Assembly: GCA_951406725.2 (NCBI GenBank)
Contig: OX597819.1
Location: forward strand, 131,254,001-131,318,000
Source of the DNA: Octopus vulgaris
Taxonomy: Eukaryota
DNA length: 64,000 nt
Reading direction: 5' to 3'
Under the pieces are notes generated by a model. That model was not told the origin of the DNA. It did not search any database and was given only the letters and a program-made list of their open reading frames with translations. Position 1 is the stretch's first letter. Every line of letters starts with the position of its first letter. This document shows, piece after piece, positions 23,972-37,485 of this stretch. Made by a program: the position numbers and the translations under genes.

Positions 23972-25200
23972 CAGGGTGAGTGAAAACTAGTGGCCAATTC
24001 CTGTTTTAAGGTTAATATGTGTGACTTCTCGATTGGGAGATACGATTGACTTGTAATTCTTGTTTCCTGGCTGTCAGTTTATTGTTTGTTTGCAATTTAT
24101 GTTATTACAGTGTGCAAGAAGGGAGAAATAAATAAAAAACGTGTTTTCAAATTAATTAATTCATTCAGACTTTTACTTGCCATGTTCAAAGTGTCTTCCT
24201 TCATGATCAAAATGCACAATTGCCATCTAACAGGCACAGAGAGAGACACACACACTTGCAGAGTTCTCTTAATTTCCTCAAACTTTTCAGTAATTTTAAC
24301 TTTCAATTTCTAGATAGTACAAAGCTTTTCACAATAAACAAAGTCAACAATGGTCCCCCAAAGAAAGAAATCTGCCAAGGTGAGGTTTGGGGGAGTGTGC
24401 AGGCCACTCAATCGTTCCACTGTCCAGGAAAGTTTTATCAAGCCACTGACAAATATGTCAACCATAATGAGCAAGGGTGCTATCTTATATAACAGTGCCC
24501 TGGGCCAAAAGAAGGTTTGTAGTATATCCAGGTACCCCCCCCCCCCCGTGACAGCTCCCTCAAAGTAAAAGAGACCAATGATTCCTAACAGAGATGTAGC
24601 TGCCCAAAGTGTCACCCCAGGTCAGTGCACTTCCCTATCAAGCATCACTCTTGGATTCTCCTCAGCCTCGTAGGCACAACTGTGTCTGTTAATTGAGCTT
24701 AAAACGGGCCTCGTCTGGCCACCAGATGCTGTCCAGCATTGTGTCTCTGTCAAGTTAAGCAGAGATCTCTTGCAAGATTGAAGACAGTGGTCGTCATCTC
24801 CATCATGAAGGGCATCAAATGCAAGGCTTCCATTTTTGTCTGCTGAAGGATACGCATAACGTTTGGCTCACTCCAATCTGTGCAGAGAAATGGTAAGTCG
24901 ACTTTTGGTGGAGCTCCTCGCAGTCTCTGATGACATTCAGACATCGTTTCATTTGTAGCCATTTTTGGCTGCTGATCCTGTCTCAAGTTTCTTGACAATT
25001 TAAAGTGTGTCTTCCTTGAGGTGAGTTAAAATCAAAATTCCTCGGCCAACGATTGGTTTCCATTGCATTTGTCGTGAAGTTTCACAGCTGCTTTGATTTA
25101 TTAAAAGTGAATTTATGGGTCAGCTTGATGTAAATTTAACTTTCAAAACTGTCAATAAATAACCTGCAAAACAAGAGTGTGACGAACAATTTCACCATCT
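23972..25200 (-). mobile_element. Tc1/mariner transposon remnant
   Basis: TA|CAGGGTG terminus. Degenerate WPDEARFKL, VTLWAA...IIGLFYFEGAVTG and TPPNLTLADFFLWG motifs. Confidence 0.75.
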
Positions 25201-25994
25201 TGTTTACCTGAATTTGCAGGGCAGCCAAGTGCACCTGTCCTCCTTTCCTGCAACTAATTGATAGCACTGGATTGACAACCCATCCTCCATTCCCCTGCTA
25301 CATAAACTATCTTCCTGTTTACGTATAGTATGCTTCATTACACATTGTTACACTTTATTTCTGCTTTCGAATTTGCTGTTGCACCCATTAAAGCTTTCAT
25401 GTCTAGACTACATTTCTTCTCATTGCAAAGAGTATAAACAACAGGATACATAATACAGCTTTAAAAACTGTCAATAATAACCTGCAAAACGAAGAAAGAA
25501 AAGATAAGATTGACTTCCCAGAAAATGGGCGCTGCTTTTGATTTGCCCTCAAAACGGTCCTTCCCAAGCCATAAGTTCATAAAATCAGTTTCTTGGATTC
25601 TGTGTTAAATATAGCCTGTCCCTGGACAAGATGCAAACCCATCACAAGATTACTCCTTTTTGCCAGCTAAGTGGACGGGAGGAGCAGGATGAGACGAAAA
25701 ACAATGTTTTGCCCACTCCAGGAATAGAAAGAAAAAAACCAAAATCTTATAGCTTAACAACAATCACAAGAATAATCGTTTCTACTGGAAGCGCAAGGCC
25801 TCAAATGTGGGGGAAGGGATTAAGTCGATTACATCGACCCTAGTGCATAACTGGTACTTATTTAATCGACCTCGAAAAGATGAAAGGCAAAGCCAACCTT
25901 GGCAGAGTTTGAACTCAGAACATAGGAGCAGACGAAATACTGCTAAGCATTTCTCCTGGTGTGCTAATGATTCTGCCAGCTTGCCTTAATAATC

Positions 25995-26633
25995 ATCATC
26001 ATCATCATCGTTTAACGTCTGCTTTCCATGCTAGCATGGGTTGGACGGTTCAACTGGGGTCTGGCAAGCCCGAAGGCTACACCAGGCCAGTCAGATCTGG
26101 CAGTGTTTCTACAGCTGGATGCCCTTCCTAATGCCAACCACTCCAAGAGTGTAGTGGGTGATTTTATGTGCCACCGACACAGGTGCCAGACGAGGCTGGC
26201 AGACGGCCACGCTCGGATGGTGTTTTTTATGTGCCACCGACACAGGTGCCAGACGAGGCTGGCAGACGGCCACGCTCGGATGGTGTTTTTTATGTGCCAC
26301 CGACACAGGTGCCAGACGAGGCTGGCAGACGGCCACGCTCGGATGGTGTTTTTTATGTGCCACCGACACAGGTGCCAGACAAGGCTGGCAGACGGCCACG
26401 CTCGGATGGTGTTTTTTATGTGCCACCGACACAGGTGCCAGACGAGGCTGGCAGACGGCCACGCTCGGATGGTGTTTTTTATGTGCCACCGACACAGGTG
26501 CCAGACGAGGCTGGCAGACGGCCACACTCGGATGGTGTTTTTTATGTGCCACCGACACAGGTGCCAGACGAGGCTGGCAGACGGCCACGCTCGGATGGTG
26601 TTTTTTATGTGCCACCGACACAGGTGCCAGACG
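25995..26633 (-). mobile_element. RTE 3' tail with a 63-bp minisatellite
   Basis: RTE tail consensus followed by the tandem array. Confidence 0.85.
26162..26633. repeat. 63-bp tandem repeat, about 7.5 nearly identical units
   Basis: atgtgccaccgacacaggtgccagacgaggctggcagacggccacgctcggatggtgtttttt starts at 26166, 26229, 26292 and on to 26607. Confidence 0.95.
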
Positions 26634-26872
26634 AAATAAAAAGTTGATAAATATGGAGAGCTGAGAATTGAGATTGCTAAGATGTGGCTGGTACGAGAGT
26701 CGAACAGAAAGGTTATCCCTATTGTCATCAGAGCACTGGGTTCAATACCACCCAGTCTGAAGAAAAAAACATTTGGAAACCTTAGAAATACCCTCCAATC
26801 TAGATGTATTGCAATATCTTCAATCAACAACCTGACAACATTGTATATTGTGCGACATCTATAATAATAATG
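26634..26872 (+). mobile_element. Dong/R4-like (restriction-like endonuclease) retrotransposon 3' fragment
   Basis: KYGELRIEIAKMW...KVIPIVIRALGSIP followed by (TAA)n. Confidence 0.65.
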
Positions 26873-27019
26873 ATTTCTTTATTAACAACAAGGGTTTACT
26901 TTAAGAAAAATATTATCAACAGGACAAAACAAAGAACGTGGGAGTCATAATAATAATAATAATAATGGTTTCAAATTTTGGCACAAGGCCAGCAAGTTCA
27001 GGGCATAAATTGATTAACA

Positions 27020-27340
27020 TCAACTTGAGTAACCTCTCGAAAGAGCTGTTCTTCACTCCTGCTCCAGAGCGTCGGCTGCGGGGTCATTCCAAAAAGCTCT
27101 ATCTGCGACGATTTCATCTCAATCGAAGGAGCGGGGCTTTCTCCGTCCGGGTTGCGGACCCATGGAATAAGCTGCCAGACGAGATGGTGAAGATGCTGAC
27201 GACCGCTCGGTTCAAAGTCTCCCTTGACCTCAAGTGGCCTGAACTCTTTACATGAACACCACCCTGTACTTAACTCCATGTCCCCCTACATGGCCTTGCT
27301 TTTTACTTTTTGAGCCAAAAAATTAACTAACTAACTAACT
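27020..27340 (+). mobile_element. CR1-clade LINE 3' end inserted into a SINE B copy
   Basis: RRLRGHSKKLY...FSVRVADPWNKLPDEMV...FKVSLD and a (TAAC)n tail. Confidence 0.85.
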
Positions 27341-28899
27341 TTGAAAGAACAAAAGGCAAGATTGAACTCAGAACACAAAGACTGACAAAATGCTGCTAAG
27401 CACTTTTACCTGGCGTACCAACAATTCCACGAGCCCACCACCTTGATAATAATATCAGCAGAGTGAAGATAAAAGGCTTAAGTTAAATGTTTGGTCGTTA
27501 AGTTCAAATGCTATTTTCACATCAATTGTGACATAATTTTGTACTAGTTTGTCTCACTGACACAAAAACCACTGCTCTCCCCCACCACACACACACACCA
27601 CCACCACCACCACCATGTCATGCATAAATTCTTTCCTTGTTAGAAAAACATCTGCCACCCCCTACCCCAACTCTCTCACAATCCTTTGTTTCCGTAGATA
27701 TGTGTTGACACCTATTTTGATATTCTTATTTTAACGAACAGATGTGAATCACAGGAACAATTTATTTTGAAACATTGATTTGTAAATTTCTACGAATATG
27801 CAAATTTATACGATGATAAAAGTGTGAATGAGTGTAGAAATGAAAAACTAAATGTCCTCAGATATATAGAGAGTGATTTTCGGGTGGATTTCTTTTTCAG
27901 AGAATAAAATAGAATGGATGTACATAAGTATGTGATATGTATATAGATAAATGTGTATGATATGTATTAAGTTCACATCTTAGATTCTGGGAAAAACTTC
28001 CAAAAATACGAAAATGTTCAATAAGAAACACAGCCTTGGGGTTTTTTTTATCTCATTATGAAAAGAAATTTTTTATGTATTTATTTATAAATACATGCAT
28101 ATTATATATATCATCATCATCATTGTTTAACATCCGCCTTCCATGCTAGCATGGGCGGGAAAGTTTCATAAGAGCCAGCCAGGCAAAAGCCTGCACCTGT
28201 GACGTTTTTGGCAGGATTTTTTACGGCTGGGTGACCTTCTTAACACCACCCATCCAGCAGAGTGAACTTAGTGATTTTTATGTGGCACAAGCACAGGTGA
28301 GGTCAGTTTTGGCAAGGTTTTTACAGTTGGATGCCCTTCCGAACACCAACCACTATATAGTGTGGACTGGGGGCTTTTAAGTGACACCTACACTGACAGG
28401 GTCACCAAGTACTTGCATGACAAGAAGAAAACTCTTTCGAGAGGGGAGGGGGCATTGGAGGAGGTGATCTTGTATCAGATGATGAAAGGTTATAGTGAGA
28501 CAGATACAGGTGTCTTGCTGTAGGGGAAGTACAAGGTTACCTGGCTGGGGAGAGAGAGAGAGAGATCAGGAATGAAGACAGAAACAGGTGTGCTGCCGCA
28601 AAGAAAATACATGGTTGCCCAACCCGAGGGAAGAAGAGAGAGCAGGATAGAGAGGGTGGCAAAGTGCCGGGCATACTCACAAGGAACAGGGATCAGAATA
28701 TAAATGAGGTGGTTGAGTAACGGAAGAGAGAGAGAGATATGGATGGCGGATAGTGCCAAGACATACCCTTGAGGTTCAAATGCCATAAGTGGCAGGATAT
28801 TGTGAAGGGAGTGTGAGTAAGGGGCAAAAGACCTGGGTATATATACAGTTGGAGGGGCTACTGGGTAGTAATGATACAAAGGAACAGGGGTTTAAGGAC

Positions 28900-30340
28900 A
28901 TGGTTTCTATGGCTGGATGCCCTCCCTAAAGCCAACCATTCTGAGAGTGTAATAGGTACTTTTATGTGCCACCAACACGGGTGACATTTGCTGCTGTGAC
29001 TGCGATTTTACTTGGCTTGATGGGTCTTCTTAGGCACGACATAATGCCAAGGTCTCGAGCATTCGTCATTGCCGCCATGAGGCCCAACACTCCAAAGGGT
29101 TTTTTCATGTGCCACCGGCAACAGCCACTTTGTCTCTGTGAGGCCCAATGCTCGAAAGTTACTTTTCATGTACCAGTTACGTGACCCCAGCATCAGCCAC
29201 AACTATGATTTCACTTGGCTTGATGGGTCTTCTACTCAAGCACAGCATATTGCCAAAAGTTTTGGTCACCAATCATTTCCTCTGCGAGGCCCAAAGTTCA
29301 AAGATCATGCTTCACCACCTTATCTCATGTCTTCCTGGGTCTACCTCTTTCATAGGTTCCCTCCAGAGATCGGCACTTCTTCACACAGCTGTCCTCATCC
29401 ATACACATCACATGACTATACACACCACATCTGATGCCTCTTATTCCCAACTTTTCTCTCAAGATGCTTACACTCGTACATGCACACTGACATTGTACAT
29501 CCAGCAAAGCAAACTGGTTTCATTTCTTTCAAGCCTACGCATGTCCTCAGCTGTCACAGCCCATGTTTCACTGCCATGTAGCATAGCTGTTCACTCACAG
29601 GCATCATACAATCTGCCTTTCACTCTAAGGGAGAAACCATTCATTACCAGCAGCGGTAGGAGCTCCCTGAACTTGGCCCAGCCAAATCTTATTCTTACAG
29701 CTACACTCTCGGAGCCTCCACCTCTGCTATTAACTTGGTCACCTACATAACAGAAGCTATCTACCACCTCTAGCTTACCCCCATGGCATTTGATGGAGTC
29801 TATTTTCTGTACATTTTCAGCATTTATTGTATCTGTACATTTGCCACACACAAAGACCTATTTTCCCTATTAACCTTCCTCTGATATTGCTGCACCTCTT
29901 ATGTGTCCATAGCTTACACTAGGTGCATCCTATGGAGTTTCTCCCTATGCCTTTTCTACAGATCAAGCAGGGCCATCTACCTGAAGGGTATTTGTAATTT
30001 GTCTGGTCTCCTACTTACTAAGACTTTGGGTTTTGCTAGGTTAATTCTAAAGGCTCTCCGATTATAGACCTTGCTTCCATACCTGAAACTTCTCTAATTC
30101 TTCGCTGTACTGGTTGCCAATCCTCACCTTACTGATAGCATCCCTGTACATGGCCTGTACAGTTTTCACCCACCGCTTGTCTATCCCTAGTTTCCACATT
30201 GACTATCAAATAAGGGATAGGAGAACCCTGTCAAAGGCTTTCTCCAAATCAACAACAGCCAAGTACAGAGGTTTATCTCTGGCTGTGTATTTCTCTTCCA
30301 GCTGCCTTACCAGAAATATATAGCATCAGTGGTGCTTCTA
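28900..30340 (-). mobile_element. RTE LINE fragment
   Basis: Degenerate RT to C-terminus (VDLEKAFDRV, KLEVVDSFCYVGDQV, GRPRKT) plus 3'UTR. Confidence 0.88.
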
Positions 30341-30654
30341 TATAGCATCAGTGATGCCAGTACCCGCTGACTGGCTCTTGTGCTGGTGGCACATAAAAAG
30401 CACCATCCAAATGTGATCAATGCCAGTACCTCCTGACTGGCTCCCGTGTCGGTGGCACGTAAAAAGCACCCACTACACTCTTGGAGTGGTTGGCGTTAGG
30501 AAGGGCATCCAGCTGTAGAAACTCTGCCAGATCAGATTGGAGCCTGGTGCAGCTGCTGGCTCTCCAGACCTCACTTAACCCATCCAACCCATGCCAGCAT
30601 GGAAAACGGACGTTATACAATGATGATGATGATGATGTATAGATATATATATTA

Positions 30655-32000
30655 TATATGTTGGAGAGGAGTTTCTGTCGGGATCCTCAGGCAACGAGCA
30701 TAGGTATAGAATCTTCTGGGTAGGTAACAGTGATGGGATTGGTGGTGTAGACATACTTGTTGCTGAGAAATGGGTCCATAAAGCAATCAAAGTAGTCAGA
30801 ATGTGTGATAGAATAGAATGCTTCTAAATGTAGAAAACACAGGGGAGAAGGTGAGTCTGCCCAATGCAGAGCCAACTGAGGGACCAGCTATCCGAATTGA
30901 CAGTAGCTTAATAAATAAAGCAATTAAGAATATGAAGACTGGGAAAGTCCACAGCCCATCAGGAATCACCCCGCCCCAAGATGCTTAAAATATTTGGCAG
31001 AATGGGATGTGGTTTAGTCACCTGTATAGTTTATGAGGTTGTCGCTGAGGGAGTCATACCCAACGACTGGTGGAGCAGCATTATAGTCAACTGCTACAAA
31101 GGCAAAGGTGACACCGTAGACAGGAATAATTACAGAGGTATCAAATTGCTGGACCAGGTAATGAAAGTCACAGACAGAGTAACAGTTCAATTAATTAGGA
31201 TGAAAGATAGTATAAATGAGGTGCAGTTTGGTTTTGTGCCTGGGAGAAGCACAACTGATGCTGTGTTCCTGGTTAGACAACTGCAGAAGTATTTAGCCAA
31301 AAATAGACCTCTGTACTTGGCTTTTGTTGACGTGGAGAAAGCCTTTGACAGGGTCCCCGGCTCCCTTATCTGGTGGTCAATGCAGAAGCTAGGGCTAGAT
31401 GTATGGTTAGTGAGAGTGGCACAAGCCATGTGCAGGGATGCTGCCAGTAAGGTGAAGGTCGGCAATGAATTCAGTGCACAGGCAGGTGTTCAGCAAGGCT
31501 CACTTCTCAGCCCCCTCTTGTTTATCATTGTCCTCCAGGCCATAAAAGAATTCAAAACTGGCTGCCCCTGGGAGCTTCTCTACACTGAATCCCCACTACC
31601 TGACCTAGAGAAGAAATTTCAGGTGTGGAAGGAAGGCCTGGAATCTAAGATCTTTATGGTTTTATTTAGCAAAGACCAAAGTCCTGGACAGTAGGAAAAC
31701 AGACAAATGAGAAGTCCCTTCAGGGAGATGCCCCCCGCCACTCGATTATGTAAGAAGGGTGTTGGTAGAAAGTCCATATGCTGTACCCAGTGTAAGCTTT
31801 GGACACACAAGAGGTATAAGTAGAATCACAGGAAGATTAACAGAGAAAATAGTCGTTGTGAGTGGCAAATGTGCAGGTACAATAAACACCAAAAATGCGC
31901 AGACAACAGACTCCCTGAAATGCCCAGGGTGGTGGTGGTGGGGAGGGAGCCTTAGAAGTAGTAGATAACTTCTGCTACCTGGGCAACCAAGTTAGGAGTG
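30655..32000 (+). mobile_element. RTE LINE fragment, opposite orientation to 28900-30340
   Basis: ORF 30981-31694 carries YKGKGD, NYRGIKLL, QFGFVPGRSTTDA, DVEKAFD and QGSLLSP; the YADD motif is deleted. Confidence 0.9.
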
Positions 32001-32299
32001 GTGGTGGTGGTGGTGGTGGTGAATGAGGAGTTAGTCCTCCTCAAGCTGTGTATTCCAAAGTCATTCTCATGACATTCTCCTGATAAGAATAATGAAATTA
32101 GGGTCTTTTTGTTTCTTCACCACTCAGGTTGTTTCTGATAAAAATTTACTTGCTGAATAATTCTTCATGTTATTTCTTTTCCAATTATCTTACTATCTCA
32201 CCCTGTCTTTGGTTTATGTGTGTGTGTGTTGTGTATTTCGTTTTTGGATTTGGTTTGCAAGATTCTTTGTGTGAGTTCATGTGTTGAAGCATATTTTGT

Positions 32300-32464
32300 T
32301 GTCTGGGGAGAGACATTCTCTTTTAGTGCCTTATTATTTAACACACTCACTGGTTCAGATTCCATTTATTTATTCATTTATTATAAATAAGTAAATGAGT
32401 GGAAACTTTACCAGTGAGTGTGTTAAATAATAAGGCACTAAAAGAGAATGACTCTCCCCAGACA
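32300..32464. repeat. inverted repeat with 54-bp arms and a palindromic spacer
   Basis: 32300-32353 matches the reverse complement of 32411-32464 with one mismatch. Confidence 0.92.
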
Positions 32465-33899
32465 CAACAATCATCATCATCATCGTTTAACGCCCGCTTT
32501 CCATGCTGGCATAGGTTGGACGGTTTGAGTGAGGGCTGGCAAGCCAGAAGGTTTCTACAGCTGGATGCCCTTCCTAACGCCAACCACTCCGAGAGTGTAG
32601 TAGGTGCTTTTTACGTGCCACTCAGGCAGTACCTGCATTGACCACGCTTGGATGGTGCTTTTTACATGCCACCGGCATGGGAGCCAGTCAGGCAGCACTG
32701 GCAACGATCACGCTCAAATGGTGCTTTTTATGTGCCACTGGCAAAGGACCAGTCAAACAGTAATATTCTGTGCTACTAGAATCACAAAAAAAAAAATCAG
32801 TCTACAGAAGCTTATCTAAGATTCTATCTATGCAATGTAATTGAAAGATTTTTCGTTGTGGGTAGGTTTTCATTCACGAGAGGTTTTGAACATTGTAAGC
32901 ACTTTAAGCCAACAAAATGCTACATGTGACAATGATTGACATCTCCACATGACACCCATTTCACAGCCACATTAATTGACAATGTTCCTCACTATATGGT
33001 ACCATAAGATGTCATTCATGAAAGGAAAAAACCAAACTGTTAATGAGGAAGTGTTAGTTGATAAAGTACCCCGTATTGGACTAAAAAAGTACCCTGCCCC
33101 TTGCATGTTGTCGTCGTTGAATGAATGAATGTTAACAACCGGAGGCTCAACATGAGATGGCAATGAAATATTCTCAATAATTCAGTGTCTCTGCAAGCCA
33201 TGGTAGTCAACTAGATGTCTCTATATGGAATCGGTTGGAGCCTGAAGAAGAACTGGTGCTACTAAGTTGGTATCATCAGATTATTTTTGGTAATAACCAT
33301 AACACAAGAAGGTGGAACCAATTTGTCAGGCCAAAGACGGTTGTGTTGGGGGTTAGGCAGCATCAATCAGCTCTGTTGGCGCCAAAACGTGAAGACACTG
33401 AAACAACCAACAGAAACCCCAAACCCACTTCACCTAAGTTTCCTAGAAATCTCACTCAAGGCAGGACATCATCATCATCATCGTTCAACATCCACCTTCC
33501 ATGCTGACATGGATGGAATGGTCTGACAGGATCCAGCCAGGCAGAAAGCAGCACCTGGCTTCAATGCATTGGACTAAAAGAAAAAAAAGTACCAGATGGT
33601 TGTGACTGGAACATGTTTAATCCATTTTTGATCTGTTCATTAAGGGCTGATCATTTGGTCTCTTCATTAAGGGCTGGACTCAGAGCCAAACAACCACCAC
33701 ACACAAACAGGTTTCCAATTCTTTCTTGATTGCACCTTTCCTTTCCATCCTCATCAAAATCATTTCCTTAAATTGTCTTCCCATCATCATGGAGAGTTTC
33801 TAAATGACTTTTCCAGTTTCTTGGCTCCCACTTGGGGTCCAACTGTTGTCTGTGGACCTTGCAGCATATCTAAGCTCAGTGGAACTTGTGCTTTTAGTA

Positions 33900-34300
33900 T
33901 TCTGAAATCCCTTCACCATATATGGGATAGGCTCTCACAATGATTTTCCTAGCATGGATCTCTCCATGGCCCTTTGCATCACAGCCAGATGATGTTCTGT
34001 CCCCCTCATAGTAACCCACATCCAGGTATCATACAACCTGCTTTTCACTCTGGGAGAGAGGCCCTTCATTACTAACATAGCTAGAAGCTCTCTCAGCTTC
34101 ACCCAACCTATTCTTATTCTCATAGCTTTGCTTTCAGAACAACCTCCACTTCTGCTAACTTGGTCCCCTAACTAACAGAAACTGTCTACTACTTCTAAGG
34201 ATCCCTCTGACATTTGAGGGAGTCTATTTTTTGCACATTCCTGATGATGTTTAAAGTACCTGCACATCTCCCACATCCACTACTTTCTCTGTTAGTCTTC
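33900..34300 (-). mobile_element. RTE LINE fragment(s)
   Basis: RIRIGWVKLRELL...RVKSRLYD joined to QRAMERSMLG, suggesting two RTE lineages. Confidence 0.65.
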
Positions 34301-34688
34301 CATTTAAATGTTTCTAGGAGCACATTAATACTGGTGAGAGTTCCACCCCAATATTCCTATCTTCTAAAACGTGAAGAGCCACACGGCCCCTCTACAGCCA
34401 GAAACCTGTTCTGCTCTGGCCCCTTCTCTCATACTTCAACCCCTTGTCTCCTGGCATAGAGCTGTTTCTTTCAGGTTAGTCTCATAAGCCAACTGGTCAC
34501 TTCACTAAGAAAGCAATTGGTACACTCTGTAAAGTGGTTAGTATTAGGAACGGTATCCAGCCATAGAAGCCATGCCAAAGCACACAATAGAGCACAATGC
34601 AGTCCTTGGACCCAGGGGATCCTTTCTAATCGCCCAACCTATGCCATCATGAGAGATGGACATTAAATGACGATGATACAGATAAATA

Positions 34689-35043
34689 CAGGGCGATTCA
34701 AAAGTCTCCATACATAGGAAAAAAATTATTTTTTTTATAAAAACAGTTCATAAGATCCCCCAGATTCCCTGACCTGACCCCTCTTGATTTCTATCTTTGG
34801 GGATATTTGGAAGGCATGGTGTATCGCGGAAAGATAAAAGACATAAGTCATTTGAAGGAACGCATCACCAACCCCTTTGCACACGTATCACCAGATGTGC
34901 CATTACGAGTGCGCAGTGAATGGGGTCAACGTATTGCAATGGGTATTCAAAACAAGGGTAACCATAAATCGAGCCTGTTAAGTAAAAAAGAAAAACTCTT
35001 CTTAATAAAAAGATAAATTGTTCCTATGTATTGAATCACCCTG
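34689..35043 (+). mobile_element. internally deleted Tc1/mariner with both terminal repeats
   Basis: TA|CAGGGCGATTCAA...TTGAATCACCCTG|TA; residual PDLTPLDFYLWGYLEGMVY. Confidence 0.85.
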
Positions 35044-35245
35044 TATAAATGATGCAGGTAATTAAATATACGAAAACAGAAATAAATATTAAGGACATTC
35101 TTGTCTTCACATGCAGCAGCCTACCAATTAAAGGATTTATGACTACCCCCCACCCCCTCCTATTTAACTATAAAGATTTCTAAATCCTGCAAGAAAAAAA
35201 AGTGATTGTGTGAAGTTTTGTGAAATGGAAAAATATGGAACTTAC

Positions 35246-35359
35246 TTCCCCAAACCACATGGGATGGGATGACCCCCAGTTTTTTCCGAATTACTGTATT
35301 CATTAGTTTGGAGAGTTTACTGATTTGCAAGGGGCCAGTCCACGTCCAGAAAAGGTCCT
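35246..35359 (-). CDS. SCPEP1: SCPEP1-like exon 8
   Basis: ttttcAG|AG GAC...GGA A|GTaagt. Translates (K)DLFWTWTGPLQISKLSKLMNTVIRKKLGVIPSHVVWG (cf. LSQLMNGPIRKKLKIIP...WG). Confidence 0.93.
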
Positions 35360-36316
35360 CTGAAAACCAAAATAAGAATAACATTAATTGGGAAAGAATG
35401 AAAGAAATAGTTTTCCATTTTCGATAAAGAACCTTCTTTATTAATCTTGAAACAAATTCCAAATTATTTTAGCAGTTAATTTCTTGCAAAAATAGAAATA
35501 TCAACAGATATTATTTAGCCTTTGTACAACCATATTTCTGTAGAAATATTCTGCCTTTATTTCAATTAATTTTCAAAATAATGAAGAATTTCTCAAAATA
35601 TCTTTGTCCTTATTATGTCACTGCTTGGAACATGGATTAACATGAAATTTTTGAAGGAAGATTTTAATTTAAATCACTTTAGAACAAGAAATAGTGTTGT
35701 AGAACCAGGGATAGTTTCAGGCAGGTTGGTACCAAAAGGGATTAATAGCTTTCACCGTCACATTAGTTCTTGAAAAAATTTATGGTACCAATATTTAGTA
35801 ATCGAATAAAGTCTTGCTCTTGGGCAGGTTAATAGCTTTAATCTGCCCTGAGACCATGTCTGTATCTAATCAGAATCTCTAACATTACTGCTAATTCCAA
35901 GCAGTACCATAAACATTTCTGATATTCACAGAACCCAGAAAAGTCTTTGCGTTTGAATACAATAAACGCCAACTGCAGGAGTTTGTTTTGCAGGTCTTTT
36001 TGATTTTGGGGTCAGCAGTGATGGAAATGGGGGGAGGGATGTTCCCTTAGGTTTCAGCTGACAGGTAATGAAAAGCAAGGGGTTGCAGTGTCTAACCCCC
36101 ACCTCCCTTCAAACCTCAGCATCATGGCCCTTAACGTACTCCTGCTTCCTAAAACCCACTTTCATCCCAAATGACCAGAACGTGTCACATCTGATATTTA
36201 ACTGGAGTTTATTTATATATCTTATAGGATTAAGTAATATTTGGTGGGGTCACAGGAGAACAAGGAGACAAAGATGTGTCCAGGCTGTGGCTGCAGATCC
36301 CTTCACACCAACCACA

Positions 36317-36354
<38 letters not shown>

Positions 36355-36944
36355 ATAAAATATTAGGGAATAAATCCAAACTTACTGGGAAAAATCAGAT
36401 TTAGGATTAAATCCAATTTTATAGTATAAATATATTATATCATATTATATTAAATTAGAGATAAAACCACTATTAGGCAAATGAAACAGTGAAAAACATA
36501 AGCCAATACATAAAATTAATTTAATTTATATTATTTTAAATATATATCAAAAGTATTAAAAGTTTAATAAAAGATAAAACATATATATAACACATGCTGT
36601 AGCTAATTGATCCCTTGATCAAAGTATTGACCAGACTATTGGATGGTGTGTGTCGCTGGTCACAAGGCAGATCACATTAACCATCGTTCGGATGCTTCAC
36701 CCTGCTGGTCAGATCAAAAAGCCAGTCCATTGCAGGGTTCACCCATTTGCAGCTGAGTGGACTGGAGCAAATGTAAAGTGAAGTGTCTTGCTCAAGAACA
36801 CAATGTGCTGACCAGTCCAGCAATCAAACCCAGAACATTGAGGGTGGCTCAAGGGTCAAATACAGTCAAACTACACCCTCCATTTATTTGCCCCTCTTGC
36901 TTAGATCCTGTTGCGATATAGGCACAGGCATGGCATAAGTGCAG

Positions 36945-37320
36945 TCGTGGTTGTATGATAAGCAGCTTGCTTCCCAACCACATGGTTCTGGGTTCAGTTC
37001 CACTGCATGGCACCTTAGGCAAGTGTCTTCTACTAAAGCCTCAGGTTGATCAGAATCTTATGAATGCATTTGGTGGACAGAAACTGAAAGACGCCCATCA
37101 TATATATATTTCTCTGTGTCTGCTTTTGTGCTTGTCCTCTGCCACTGCTTGACAACTGGTGTTGGTTGGTTTACATCCTTGTAATTTAGTGACTCAGTTA
37201 AAAGAGACCAACAGAACAAGTGCCATGCTTTGAGGAAAAAGTAAATACTGGGATCCATTCCACTAAAAATTCTCCAACCTGGTGCCCCAGCATGGCCACA
37301 GTCTAATGACAGATAAAAGA
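36945..37320 (+). mobile_element. SINE family A
   Basis: Matches family A consensus. Confidence 0.8.
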
Positions 37321-37485
37321 TATCGAGTTGTCTAAATTGGGGTTCCTAACAAAGCTTCATAGAGCTTTCACACTGGATGGGCAAATTTGGATTTGCAAGC
37401 ACCACCACCACCACCAATATGAACAATAACCATCGTTAACAATTTGGAAATATTCTAATTGCAAAGCATCAAAGACATCTTTTAC

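Noticed and set aside
26012-26830. Repetitive ORFs in five frames
   Set aside because: The 63-bp unit is a multiple of 3 with no stops; no coding evidence.
30981-31694. Active reverse transcriptase gene
   Set aside because: YADD motif deleted, frameshifts on both sides, endonuclease domain largely missing.
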